This document shows positions 52,731-62,203 of a DNA stretch of 64,000 bases, piece by piece. The translations under genes were made by a program, and so were the position numbers. The first letter of the stretch is position 1; each line of letters starts with the position of its first letter. This DNA is from Bigelowiella natans CCMP2755 (lineage: Eukaryota > Protista > Cercozoa). The notes beneath the pieces are model-generated. The model was not told the origin of the DNA, did no database searches, and was given only the letters and a program-made list of their open reading frames with translations. The stretch spans positions 124,001-188,000 of the forward strand of contig ADNK01000550.1 of NCBI GenBank assembly GCA_000320545.1. The letters are read 5' to 3'.

Positions 52731-53056
52731 TGTTGCGCGTAAGGTGTTCACAGGCCGAGGCGCTACGTGCACAAGTAGGCAGGGGGGGGGAAAGGCACGT
52801 TTGCTTCCTTTTGAAGAGTTGTGTTTATTTTTATTAAAGATTATATTTTTATTAAATCGTGCACTGCGTAATCATTCGCGAAGCTTTCGCGAATGCCGCC
52901 GCACGTGGGGCAGCACACTTCCGGTGTGCTGCCATGAGTCCCGCCGGAACCCACGTGCCTATGCTGTATTAATATCTACGTTATCTATATTCTATATCCG
53001 CGACAACCCCTTTGTTGTCGCACGTGACTTGTGCCCGCGTAGTGGTACGCGCTACA
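52731..53056 (-). repeat. 3' LTR (326 bp)
   Basis: TGTTGCGCGTA...TACGCGCTACA with 10/11 terminal inverted match; identical by eye to 57519-57844. Confidence 0.95.
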
Positions 53057-53064
53057 CCTCCCCC
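53057..53064 (-). other. polypurine tract
   Basis: GGGGGAGG on the minus strand abutting the 3' LTR; a further GGAAGGAAGGAAGG tract lies at about 53077-53100. Confidence 0.75.
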
Positions 53065-53107
53065 AAGTCACGTTGCTCCTTCCTTCCTTCCTTATTCCCT
53101 TAGACCT

Positions 53108-56100
53108 TCATCGCTTTCGGAACTTCACCAACCACCAGGTAATAGATTCCTCTCTAACCTTATCTCCTTTGTCGCTTACCCAGAACTCACCTTCGTCCTT
53201 AGGTTCGTGTCCATACCAGCCCTCTGCATCAAGGTCCCCCAGGACCTTATACCAGTGCTCAAAGGGTAAGTCGGGAACAGCTAGGTAGAGTAGCTGATAT
53301 TTTCCGTCCTTTATTTTCATAGCTACCCTCTCCATATTTCGTAATCCAGGGTAGCCTAGATAGACAATCTTCATGCGCCAATCGTCGTTCACCCTGACCT
53401 TATTGTTTCCATATTCCACATCGAACTTAGGTCGGGGTCCTAAACAAGGCATTGCTCGCTCCCACACAGTAGGGTTTACTTTAACATCCTCTAGGAGCTT
53501 CTCACCGATATCATAATTCTTTAGGTGACTGATGTGGCGCAAGGTGACCCTGTTCCCATCATAGATGTAGTACTGCTTCCTCCCCTTCCTCTCGGTAACC
53601 TTTGCAACGCCACCCCAGAAGGGGTCTTGTTTATTTCTCGATCTCAGATTTACCTTGGCCCTAACATACTGTCCTTCCTTTAGAACTCGGCCATCGTACG
53701 GGACCTTCTCGTCTTCGCTCTCGGTATCGTCGTCGTTGTCGTCGCCTTCTTCCCTCTCCTTATCCTTGATACCTCCCCCAGACGTGAAGGTGTCGTTTAC
53801 TAACCCTTGTATCTTGTCTGGTGTGGTGCTATTTATCCTGCTTAGGTTGGCCAAGGTGCGGTGGAGTCGCTCTACCTTGGAGTTGGACTGGGCATAGTAT
53901 ACAGGTGAGGCATCAATATTAGGGTGTGGTAGCTGTAGAAGAGAGGTCTCATTATCCACATGTAACTTCTTTGGTATCTTGTTTATGCTAACTTCATCAG
54001 GGATAGCCTGGAGCTCAGACTCCCAGGTACGGTAGCAGTTAGTAAGCCTCTGCTTATATAAGCCTTTGTTCTTCTTAGCAACGTTGACCTTGATAATCTT
54101 TTTAACCCAGCACTTTCCAGTGGCCACATCAACGAAGGTAAGGTAGTGATAGCCATCGTACTTATAAACATCAATTTGCACGATATCTAAGAAGTTCCTT
54201 GCTTTGATTTTCTTAGATGCACGGCTCTTGCTGGACTCCTTGGTGGCGACGCCTGCCGCCTTCAAGCTGGAGCACCTGCAGCCACGCAGGTATGTCCTTA
54301 TCTCTTTTAGCTTGTAGGGCCAGTAGTAATGGTAGAGTAGAGCAGTGATATGGTTTTCTCCTACGTGTGCAGGTCCATGGGCGGTAAAGAGAAGGGCTCC
54401 CCTGGTCCGCCGTGGCACGTAGGTACGCCTAACATTATTAGTGTATACATATATCCTATCACTAAGTACCTCATGCTTGTGTTTGTATTTATCCAGGTGT
54501 TCTTGAAGGTGCTGGAGCTCCTCTGGCTCAGGCAGGAAGTCGCCGTCCTCGAAGGTAATCGCGTTAACCATAGGGGTGACCTGGGTAGGGACTTTCTTTT
54601 CGAACAGCCTGCTGAAATAGTCAGCAAGCTGCTTGTCTCCTGGTGCGTAGACCACTGTCCTCTTGTCCCTAAACTCTTCCGTGTCCGCCCTCATAGCTGC
54701 ATACTCATCGTTAGGCGCTTCGAGCTTGCGGTCGATGCCTAGGAGGGGCTTGTGGTCAGTCATTAAGGTGAAGCTGGGCACCGACAGCAGGTAGTATCTT
54801 AGTTTCCTCTGCGCCTCAGTCATGGCTTTATACTCTCCTTTTGTAGGGCTGTACTTGGCCTCAGCTGCTGTGCAGGCCCTGCCCCACACCCGTATGATCT
54901 GCTGGTCTTGGGTAAGTACAGCAGCCATACCTAGCTTAGACCAGTCTGTCCATAGGGTAGCTGGTCTAGTAGTGTCTAGCTTAGCATTCAATAGGGTGTT
55001 GCTGCATAACTTTATTAGGTTATCGAAGTGGGCATCAAGGCCAGCCTTGGCCCACACCTTAGCGAAGCTGAGGCCTACAGAGTTCTCCTTCCGGTAAGCA
55101 GTAGTAAAAGCAGCTGCAGTCCTAGCGTAGGTAGGGGAGAACCTACGTAGTATCCAAGCTGCAGTCTGCAAGAATGACTTTAACTCCTTTGCATTCTTAG
55201 GTTTAGGGGCTTGCTGTAGTGCTGCTACTTTCTCGGGGTTTGGGGTGATGCGGCCTTGCTCCAGGTAATATCCACACCACTTGATTCTTGTAGCTAGGAA
55301 TGTACACTTCTGCAGTCTAATAGTAAAACCGAAGTGTGCAAACCTAATAAATATATTTTCCAGGAGGAAGATCTGAGCGACGACTGTGTTGGTACATATT
55401 ATGTCATCATCCACATACACAAACACAAACACCCACAACACAGACGCCATCCCATCATGTGTGTATGCCCTGTAGTTCTGACTACTGAACGCATCCCCTG
55501 ATATGCTTAGGCCGTAAGGGAATACGACGAAGTGCCACTTCCTGTGCCTGCTGGAGAACGCGGTAATGGGGCGGGAGGTTTTGTGGATGGGTGTCTGCAT
55601 GTATGATTCATTTTTATCTAGGGAAGAGTAGTATTTGTATCCTATGACGTGTTCAATAACGTCATCTATCCTTGGTGTAGGTGTCTGGATCCTCTTTATT
55701 ACTCGGTTGTGGCGGATGAAGTTGTGCGCCAGGCGGAAGAAAGGGTAAGTAGGTTTCTTAGCTAGCACATGTCTCACGTTCCATGGTGAGTTGCTTGGCT
55801 CTATCTTCCCTTCCTTTGCCCATTCATTGATCTGCCACTCTATCTTTTCCCAGTCCGCTTCCGGTCGCCTATGTTCTGGGTCATTGATGATGCACTCTTC
55901 GTATCCCTTCTTTAGCTCGATCTTTACTGGGGTAAGCTTGCTGGAGGGCTTCGTCGTCGGCTTGGTGATGTCAGAGTACTTCTCGTTTAATATTTTATTA
56001 ATGTACTTTTTGCCTTTGTCGATATCCCAATCATCAGCTGGGGGGGTCTTGTCCAGTAGCTCCGTTATCTGTCGGATGGTCTTGCCGGGGTTCTTCTTCC

Positions 56101-57076
56101 GTAGCTCGGTAGGTGTAGGTAGCTTGTTGTCCGCTAGGTCCATAAACTCTAACGCATTAACGCTTGACTCAGAGGTCCACTCGTCAAGCCGTATCATGTT
56201 CTGGCTGATGGTCCTGCCTGACTTCTTTGGCAACTTAGCAAAGTATATCTTGTGATTGTAGAATGATATGATCCCCCCTAATTTTTCTAGGGCATCCTGT
56301 CCGAGGAGTAGTTCCATGGATAAAGTCATGGCTACTCGGGTCTTGATTTGGGTCTCCGCGTCGCTGCCAGGTATCTGTAGCTTTAGCATTAGCTCACCGA
56401 CGGTCTTCATGGAAGAGCTTCCGTCTGCTTGAGCATATTTACGTTCTTTCTTAGTCACTTGATCCAATAGTCCTAACCTTCTTACTGTGCTTAGGCTTAT
56501 GAAGGACTTCGGCATGCTGCCACTATCCCAAAGGGCAGGTAGTTTCTTGTAGTCTCCGTAGCTGTCTTTAACTTTAACCTTGGTCATAGCAACTTTGATA
56601 GTCCTGTTAGCGTCTTCGTCATTAATGTTGCATACTCCTAAGTTCTTTATGTCGTCTAGGGTCATGGGCTTGTCTTGGTCCTGCGTTGCTGGTACTGCTG
56701 TCTTCGTCGGCGCCTGCTTAAGGTGATCTAATATTCCGTTTATCTGCTGCTGTATAGCATTGATACTGTTCTGCTTTTTGTTCTTATATTTATTGTTCTT
56801 CCCGTTGTTGCTGCCTTGCCATTTGCTGTTGTTATATCCTTGTCCTCTGCCTTTCTTTCTCTTTAACTTCTCGTAGTGTTCGTTGAGCTGCCTGATCGTC
56901 ATCCTGGGTCGTCCTTCTTTCCTGTCTCTGCAGTCTTTAGCGGTGTGTTTCCCTTTACGTGAGCAGTATCCGCAACGTCGGTTACCTTCCCTGTCCTTGT
57001 ACCAGTCTCGCTGCGGCTTAATAGCGTTAATGTTTCCTATGCCAGGTACCTTAGGGCTGGTAAACTTGGAAGCCAA
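53108..57076 (-). CDS. pol: truncated Gag (zinc knuckle) fused to Pol: protease, RT, RNase H, integrase, SH3-like and MTase-like C-terminal domain
   Basis: CGYCSRKGKHTAKDC; ALWDSGS; SSLDKNESYMQ, FPYGLS, VYVDD; LWTDWSKLGMAAVL, YSPTKGE, TDHKPL; HGPAH..CRC, QIDV, VDNE, SNSKVERLH. Confidence 0.92.
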   Translation of the reverse strand: MASKFTSPKVPGIGNINAIKPQRDWYKDREGNRRCGYCSRKGKHTAKDCRDRKEGRPRMTIRQLNEHYEKLKRKKGRGQGYNNSKWQGSNNGKNNKYKNKKQNSINAIQQQINGILDHLKQAPTKTAVPATQDQDKPMTLDDIKNLGVCNINDEDANRTIKVAMTKVKVKDSYGDYKKLPALWDSGSMPKSFISLSTVRRLGLLDQVTKKERKYAQADGSSSMKTVGELMLKLQIPGSDAETQIKTRVAMTLSMELLLGQDALEKLGGIISFYNHKIYFAKLPKKSGRTISQNMIRLDEWTSESSVNALEFMDLADNKLPTPTELRKKNPGKTIRQITELLDKTPPADDWDIDKGKKYINKILNEKYSDITKPTTKPSSKLTPVKIELKKGYEECIINDPEHRRPEADWEKIEWQINEWAKEGKIEPSNSPWNVRHVLAKKPTYPFFRLAHNFIRHNRVIKRIQTPTPRIDDVIEHVIGYKYYSSLDKNESYMQTPIHKTSRPITAFSSRHRKWHFVVFPYGLSISGDAFSSQNYRAYTHDGMASVLWVFVFVYVDDDIICTNTVVAQIFLLENIFIRFAHFGFTIRLQKCTFLATRIKWCGYYLEQGRITPNPEKVAALQQAPKPKNAKELKSFLQTAAWILRRFSPTYARTAAAFTTAYRKENSVGLSFAKVWAKAGLDAHFDNLIKLCSNTLLNAKLDTTRPATLWTDWSKLGMAAVLTQDQQIIRVWGRACTAAEAKYSPTKGEYKAMTEAQRKLRYYLLSVPSFTLMTDHKPLLGIDRKLEAPNDEYAAMRADTEEFRDKRTVVYAPGDKQLADYFSRLFEKKVPTQVTPMVNAITFEDGDFLPEPEELQHLQEHLDKYKHKHEVLSDRIYVYTNNVRRTYVPRRTRGALLFTAHGPAHVGENHITALLYHYYWPYKLKEIRTYLRGCRCSSLKAAGVATKESSKSRASKKIKARNFLDIVQIDVYKYDGYHYLTFVDVATGKCWVKKIIKVNVAKKNKGLYKQRLTNCYRTWESELQAIPDEVSINKIPKKLHVDNETSLLQLPHPNIDASPVYYAQSNSKVERLHRTLANLSRINSTTPDKIQGLVNDTFTSGGGIKDKEREEGDDNDDDTESEDEKVPYDGRVLKEGQYVRAKVNLRSRNKQDPFWGGVAKVTERKGRKQYYIYDGNRVTLRHISHLKNYDIGEKLLEDVKVNPTVWERAMPCLGPRPKFDVEYGNNKVRVNDDWRMKIVYLGYPGLRNMERVAMKIKDGKYQLLYLAVPDLPFEHWYKVLGDLDAEGWYGHEPKDEGEFWVSDKGDKVREESITWWLVKFRKR

Positions 57077-57080
57077 AGGT

Positions 57081-57317
57081 TGTTGCGCGTAAGGTGTTCA
57101 CAGGCCGAGGCGCTACGTGCACAAGTAGGCAGGGGGGGGGAAAGGCACGTTTGCTTCCTTTTGAAGAGTTGTGTTTATTTTTATTAAAGATTATATTTTT
57201 ATTAAATCGTGCACTGCGTAATCATTCGCGAAGCTTTCGCGAATGCCGCCGCACGTGGGGCAGCACACTTCCGGTGTGCTGCCATGAGTCCCGCCGGAAC
57301 CCACGTGCCTATGCTGT
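57081..57317 (-). repeat. internal partial LTR copy (237 bp), with the adjacent PBS start also duplicated (57067-57080)
   Basis: 57067-57317 matches 57505-57755. Confidence 0.92.
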
Positions 57318-57479
57318 TGCATCTGCTTTCTTAATCCCGGGTGCTGGTCCCGGCGGTGCCTGTGGAGGTGTTCCTCCTCCTTCCTTAGCGTCCGTATCGC
57401 CCTTCCTTTCCTGTTTCTGCTCGTGCCCTTGCACGGCCTGCGAGCCAAAGTCCTGCTGTTCTTCTAGCTGCTGTGACAT
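57318..57479 (-). pseudogene. gag: gag 5' fragment (MSQQLEEQQDFGSQAVQGHEQKQERK...) cut off by the internal LTR copy
   Basis: ATG about 20 nt after the PBS; the frame runs into the partial LTR and stops immediately. Confidence 0.6.
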
Positions 57480-57496
57480 TGTTAGTCAAATCGTTT

Positions 57497-57513
57497 CCCG
57501 TGTGTGGAAGCCA
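57497..57513 (-). other. putative primer-binding site
   Basis: TGGCTTCCACACACGGG begins 5 nt after the 5' LTR. Its complement reads like a tRNA 3' end (...CCCGTGTGTGGAAG-CCA). Confidence 0.6.
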
Positions 57514-57518
57514 AAGGT

Positions 57519-57844
57519 TGTTGCGCGTAAGGTGTTCACAGGCCGAGGCGCTACGTGCACAAGTAGGCAGGGGGGGGGAAAGGCACGTTTGCTTCCTTTT
57601 GAAGAGTTGTGTTTATTTTTATTAAAGATTATATTTTTATTAAATCGTGCACTGCGTAATCATTCGCGAAGCTTTCGCGAATGCCGCCGCACGTGGGGCA
57701 GCACACTTCCGGTGTGCTGCCATGAGTCCCGCCGGAACCCACGTGCCTATGCTGTATTAATATCTACGTTATCTATATTCTATATCCGCGACAACCCCTT
57801 TGTTGTCGCACGTGACTTGTGCCCGCGTAGTGGTACGCGCTACA
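57519..57844 (-). repeat. 5' LTR (326 bp)
   Basis: Direct repeat of 52731-53056. Confidence 0.95.
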
Positions 57845-58484
57845 CTCAAGAAAACCGAAAGAGTGGATTTGTATCAAAGCATATCGTACAAAATCCACGC
57901 GTACGTCAAACTCCTTGAAATGTGTTACATCCACACGCACAGAATCAACATCATGTATCTAGAGGACACTGGTTTGGCAAAAATCATGGAAACAGGGGTC
58001 ATGTCAGGCCACCCAGTGTGCGAGTTTCAAGAAAGAGCATGCAACCTCAACATAGAAACCACACACGTGGCAACGCCGAATGCGTCTGACGTGGTTGCGT
58101 ACACTGTCAAACTCATGTCGATGAAAGGCTTGGTCCACGACAACGAGCACGTGTTAAAAGTCGACAATGGAATCGCTGAGTATTACACTGGAAAAAAGAA
58201 AAACGGATACAACAAAACGCTGAGGCAGGTTGAGGATGGCAAGGTCACGCTCACCGAATTCGTTTACAATGAGGTGATGTCGAGAATGGGGGGCATGAAC
58301 AGCAGAGTGAACCCAGAGGATGTTGTCAAAAAGTACCTGACGAAATTGAGGAATGCCGGGATCACTCTGAAACGCAATTTGACTTCCTTTTCGACCAAGA
58401 ATCTCACATTTGACTGTCTGACTTTGTCTTTGCGGATGCGAAGTCATAGGGGGTATTTCGATCGACTACAGAAAGGAACAGTCG

Positions 58485-58560
58485 GTAATGCAAAATGCCA
58501 CAAAAAACAAAAAACAAAAAACAGCATGCTGATCTTCATGTCCCCTTTCTTTGCAATCAG
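58485..58560 (+). other. candidate spliceosomal intron (76 nt) in the helicase gene
   Basis: GTAATG donor, A-rich body, GCTGAT branch-like site, TCCCCTTTCTTT tract and CAG acceptor. Removal joins the two frames (KGTV-G-TPYDT). Confidence 0.65.
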
Positions 58561-60755
58561 GAACGCCGTATGACACCAGTGTGAGGAGTGAGAAAGAGCT
58601 TTGGAAGAATTTTTGGGACCTCGACATCTTTGTGCCGAACGGCGAGCACACAAAGGTGTTGTATGATGACAACTTTTTCATCAAGATCAATCGTGACCAG
58701 TTGGGAAACAAGGCTAAGCGTGGCACGTGGTTTCAAAACGAGTATTTCCCAGACCCCACTGATGTCAAGTATGAGGACAGTTATTTGCACAATGAAGAGG
58801 CCTCGCGAAGCACCTACAACCCGTCATTGACCATGTACCACATAATCGCAAAGACAGTGTACGCCGGCCTTGTGAAAACAAAGTACATGGAAAATGTTGG
58901 CGTGTACTTTTGGAGAGTGGGAGACGCAGGCACCGGGAAATCAACTTATCTGCAAATGATGAAACACATCTTGAGTGGAACTGGACCGGAACAAGTCATG
59001 AGCATGAGCTCCCATGACGGTGAAACCGCTTCGAACTTCAGTTTTGCCAGAATAGCCAAACACAACGGCGGTTACTACAGGGCGGTGCACTGCGAGGAGG
59101 CACAAAACATAAAATTGAACGTTCGGCAAATCGTGTTTGCATCGATGTCAAACGCACCAATCACCACGGCTGGGAAGCACCAGCAGGCCACGGAGCAACG
59201 GTTAAACATTGCGTGGGAATTTAACAGCAACGCGACGGTTGCGACCGTGATGAACCAGGGCTCCATTGCTGCAAATTGCCGCCGCGTGCAACTCTTCGAG
59301 CACAACGCCAAGAACATGCAAAAGAAAGACGAATCTAACATGACAACGTGGATAAACAACAAGGTGCTTCACAGTCTGATGGCAATTGCTATCTCCTACA
59401 CCAGCTGCATGTTTGTCATGGAAGGCAAGAATTTCTTGAAGGACACTTTGCAGCAGATGAGCGAGTCAGAAAAATTCAAACATTTGAGCAAGAAAACCAA
59501 AATGTTCGCGTTTGTTGAATCGGGATATTTCGTCAAAAAAGAACACGGTCTTGTCCCATACAGCGTGTTCAAAAAAGCTTATGACCATTTCAAATACCCG
59601 CCGGTAAAAGGGAATGTGTACCAATTGTACAACGAGAAACAGGACAGTGGCAAGGTTCTAGAGAAGATATGGGGCATAAAGGTTCTGAACGTCTTGAATG
59701 TCCCCAAAGAATGCAAAGGCGTACAAAAATCCAGGGGAAGGTCTTTGAAAGGGGTTTTCCTTCCGGTGTTCAACGACTGTGCTTACAAGGAACCAAGTGA
59801 GTTTTACCGAAGTAACAGACCGGTGTACAACTCCACAGGTTCCGCTGAAACCAAACTTCGGGGTTCAGACACCGACATTACAGACAGGTACATCATTGGC
59901 GTCGAGGCTTCACCAGATGCCTTGAAGAATTATCATGGATTAAACTTCACCAATTACAACAAAAAATTGTCGCTGTGTGATGCAATGGTCCAAAAAAACG
60001 AAAGTGAGGTGACATATTCATTGGTTGAATTGCAGCAGTTAAACGATGATGCAGCTTTTGACAACATCAATGGAGACGTGTTGGATGAAACGGAAAAGGA
60101 TCGCTTGAGAACAGTTCTTCATTTGATCAATGCTTCCACTGCGATGAAGGAAAAAAGACAAAAAATGGAGGAAAAAATCCAAACAATGGAGCAAAAGGTC
60201 CCCACAAAATTTCACCAGCGCAAATTCTGTGGATGGCCGTTGTGGGTGCTCCGAAAAAAAGGCCTTTTGGACAAGATGCTCACGGAAACCGAAGAAGGAT
60301 CCAAAAAGTTCAAACCAGTGACCAGGAACGTGGGTCGTGGACTTCAGCACCAGGAAAAGGTTGTGTTGGACTGGCTGGAAACCTACATGAACATCGATTC
60401 AAGCAATGGCAAAGCGCGTTTCAGTTTCAACAAGGACAAGGCAACAACTGCAAAGTTCAACGACATCATCTCACACATCAACAACATCACATGTGTCTTG
60501 GTGTCCCGATTCCACGATCGTTTGCACTATGACAAGAGAATTTGTGACAACGACGAAAACAAAGCACATTTTGAGGAACTCTTAGACAAGACTAGCAAGT
60601 ATTATCAATTGATTGAAAAGACGTGCTCGAAACGCAACATGGAAAGACAGTGAATTTGCAGACTTGAACATGCTCTTGTGTTCAAAATGACACCGTTAAA
60701 AACATTGCGCGCATCAACATGTTGGCGCTTTGAATTTCTGATGTTAGTCACATTG

Positions 60756-60876
60756 GCGCCATGCACGAGGCAGCGACGCGCCATTGATGCCAAGTCGCTA
60801 AAAACGACGCCAAGGCGATTCTGCGCAATTTGAAGTCGGGCCGCGCCGCGCTGCCAAGTGGCACATGATGGCAATG
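60756..60876. repeat. GC-rich element A, copy 1 (3' of ORF 60952-61779)
   Basis: ATGCACGAGGCAGCGACGCGCCATT...AAACGACGCCAAGGCG...TGGCAATG; other copies at 62029-62173 and 62943-63029. Confidence 0.85.
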
Positions 60877-60951
60877 GAGTTCACAAAAATCATGTTGAGA
60901 TGTTGTTGAAATTTTGAGGAACATTCAGGCACCGAATGATCTAGTTTTCTT

Positions 60952-61779
60952 CTAGTGTTCTTTGACTACTTCCATGCCCATTTGCAAAAACGCAAATCTG
61001 AATTTTTGCATCATTGCCTGGTGGCAATCTGTCTCGTTCTTCAATTTCTTCACAAGATGTTCCAAATGATCGTTCAGAAACATGGAATCCATTTTCATGA
61101 TGTTGTTCAGTTTCTCATACTCTGCATGAATGACTCGGAACTCTTTTGCCGCCCGATCGCGGAGATAGAGAACATCTTTTGCAAGTTCTTTGACATCATC
61201 TTCGTTGTGATAACCAAAATGAACGAACAATTCTTGGCATCTTTCTAGTGAGATTTCTTGGAAACCACAAATGCTGTTTTTCAACGATTTGAGATGGAAT
61301 TCTGTCGTGAAACCTCCCCTGCCGTCGTCAAGGCTCCGGATGATGTCGTAGACGTTTTCGTGGAGCGTGCCCATGTGATTGCCGTACGTCCATTTGAGAG
61401 GCATGAGCCATCTGCAAGGGTTTTCCGTGGTCCAGAAGAATTTTGCAACTGTGGACATGTCTCTGATTAGCCGACAGAGAATCCGGTGTGGGGCTTGAAA
61501 ATTTCCAGGAGTTTTGAAGTCCGTCCGCGAGAATCTGGGAATGGTTTTTTGCCGGAACAATGCATCCCGTCTCTTCGCTCTTTCAACAGTTTTCCAATTA
61601 TCGGGCGTTTTGTTCTGGTCCTTGAAGGCTTCGAAAATTTCTTCAAAGTCAGGGACGTCAGTTCTTTTTGATTCCAATAGAGTGTCTCTGTTCTGTCTCT
61701 GGATTTTCCGAAGTTTCTCGCGTCGTCGCTTCTTTTCTGGACTCTTTTTTCGATTTTTGACTGAACCTTTGATTGGCAT
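60952..61779 (-). CDS. hypothetical protein with basic N-terminus (MPIKGSVKNRKKSPEKKRRREKLRKIQRQNRD)
   Basis: ATG at 61779 directly downstream of repeated promoter element B. Confidence 0.7.
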   Translation of the reverse strand: MPIKGSVKNRKKSPEKKRRREKLRKIQRQNRDTLLESKRTDVPDFEEIFEAFKDQNKTPDNWKTVERAKRRDALFRQKTIPRFSRTDFKTPGNFQAPHRILCRLIRDMSTVAKFFWTTENPCRWLMPLKWTYGNHMGTLHENVYDIIRSLDDGRGGFTTEFHLKSLKNSICGFQEISLERCQELFVHFGYHNEDDVKELAKDVLYLRDRAAKEFRVIHAEYEKLNNIMKMDSMFLNDHLEHLVKKLKNETDCHQAMMQKFRFAFLQMGMEVVKEH

Positions 61780-61825
61780 GGCTCTGATTTCTTGCTTTGA
61801 GGGTTTGATTTGTGGCTCCGAGGCT

Positions 61826-62173
61826 ATTTGGATTCTGATGAGAATGAGGAAGTGAGAAGGTGAGGATCGAGGCTCGGAGATTGCACGGGATGGCCATGTG
61901 GCTTTTTGGGCCATGCCACGTGACCCTCACAATTTGAAATTTTCAATTTTGGAAGCCACGTGGCCCTCTCGTCAGAACGAAGTACAAAGGAAAAAAAACA
62001 AAGACAAAGGAGGTGGTTTGTTCGTTTTGCGCCATGCACGGGGCAGCGACGCGCCATTGATGCCAAGCCATTCAAAACGACGCCAAGGCGATTCCGCGCA
62101 ATCCGAAGCCGTGCCGCGCTGCGCGGCGCCGCGCCGCGCCGCGCTGCCTGCTGAGTGGCACATGTTGGCAATG
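61826..62173. repeat. intergenic repeat unit 1 (element B promoter, CACGTG boxes, element A)
   Basis: ATTTGGATTCTGATGAGAATGAGGAAGTGAGAA.GTGAGGATCGAGGCTCGGAGATTGCACGGG is near-identical to 62763 onward, and similarity continues through element A. Confidence 0.88.
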
Positions 62174-62203
62174 CACACCAAGTTTGTGGCAAGAAAAGCT
62201 TGT

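Larger units (their letters stand above)
52731..57844 (-). mobile_element. Ty3/Gypsy-type LTR retrotransposon
   Basis: 326-bp TG...CA direct repeats at both ends, CTCA target duplication at 52727-52730 and 57845-57848, PPT and PBS present, PR-RT-RH-IN domain order. Confidence 0.95.
51932..60653 (+). pseudogene. SF3 / D5-like helicase gene (about 1175 aa reconstructed) interrupted by the LTR retrotransposon; segments 51932-52730, 57849-58484 and 58561-60653
   Basis: Removing 52731-57848 restores the frame (...LAGLL-K-KTERVDLYQ...). Walker A GDAGTGKST, Walker B AVHCEE and motif C WEFNSN lie in the last segment. Confidence 0.8.

Noticed and set aside
52870-52965. Possible hammerhead or HDV-like ribozyme in the LTR
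   Set aside because: The CUGAUGA/GAAA core and the HDV P1/P1.1/P2 pairings could not be completed on either strand; only simple hairpins are supported.
57490-57513. tRNA gene
   Set aside because: Only a 3'-end-like 17-mer is present, consistent with a PBS; there is no cloverleaf.
57094-57918. 274-aa plus-strand ORF, and similar ORFs 52705-53103 and 57191-57448
   Set aside because: These are translations of LTR sequence and antisense gag.
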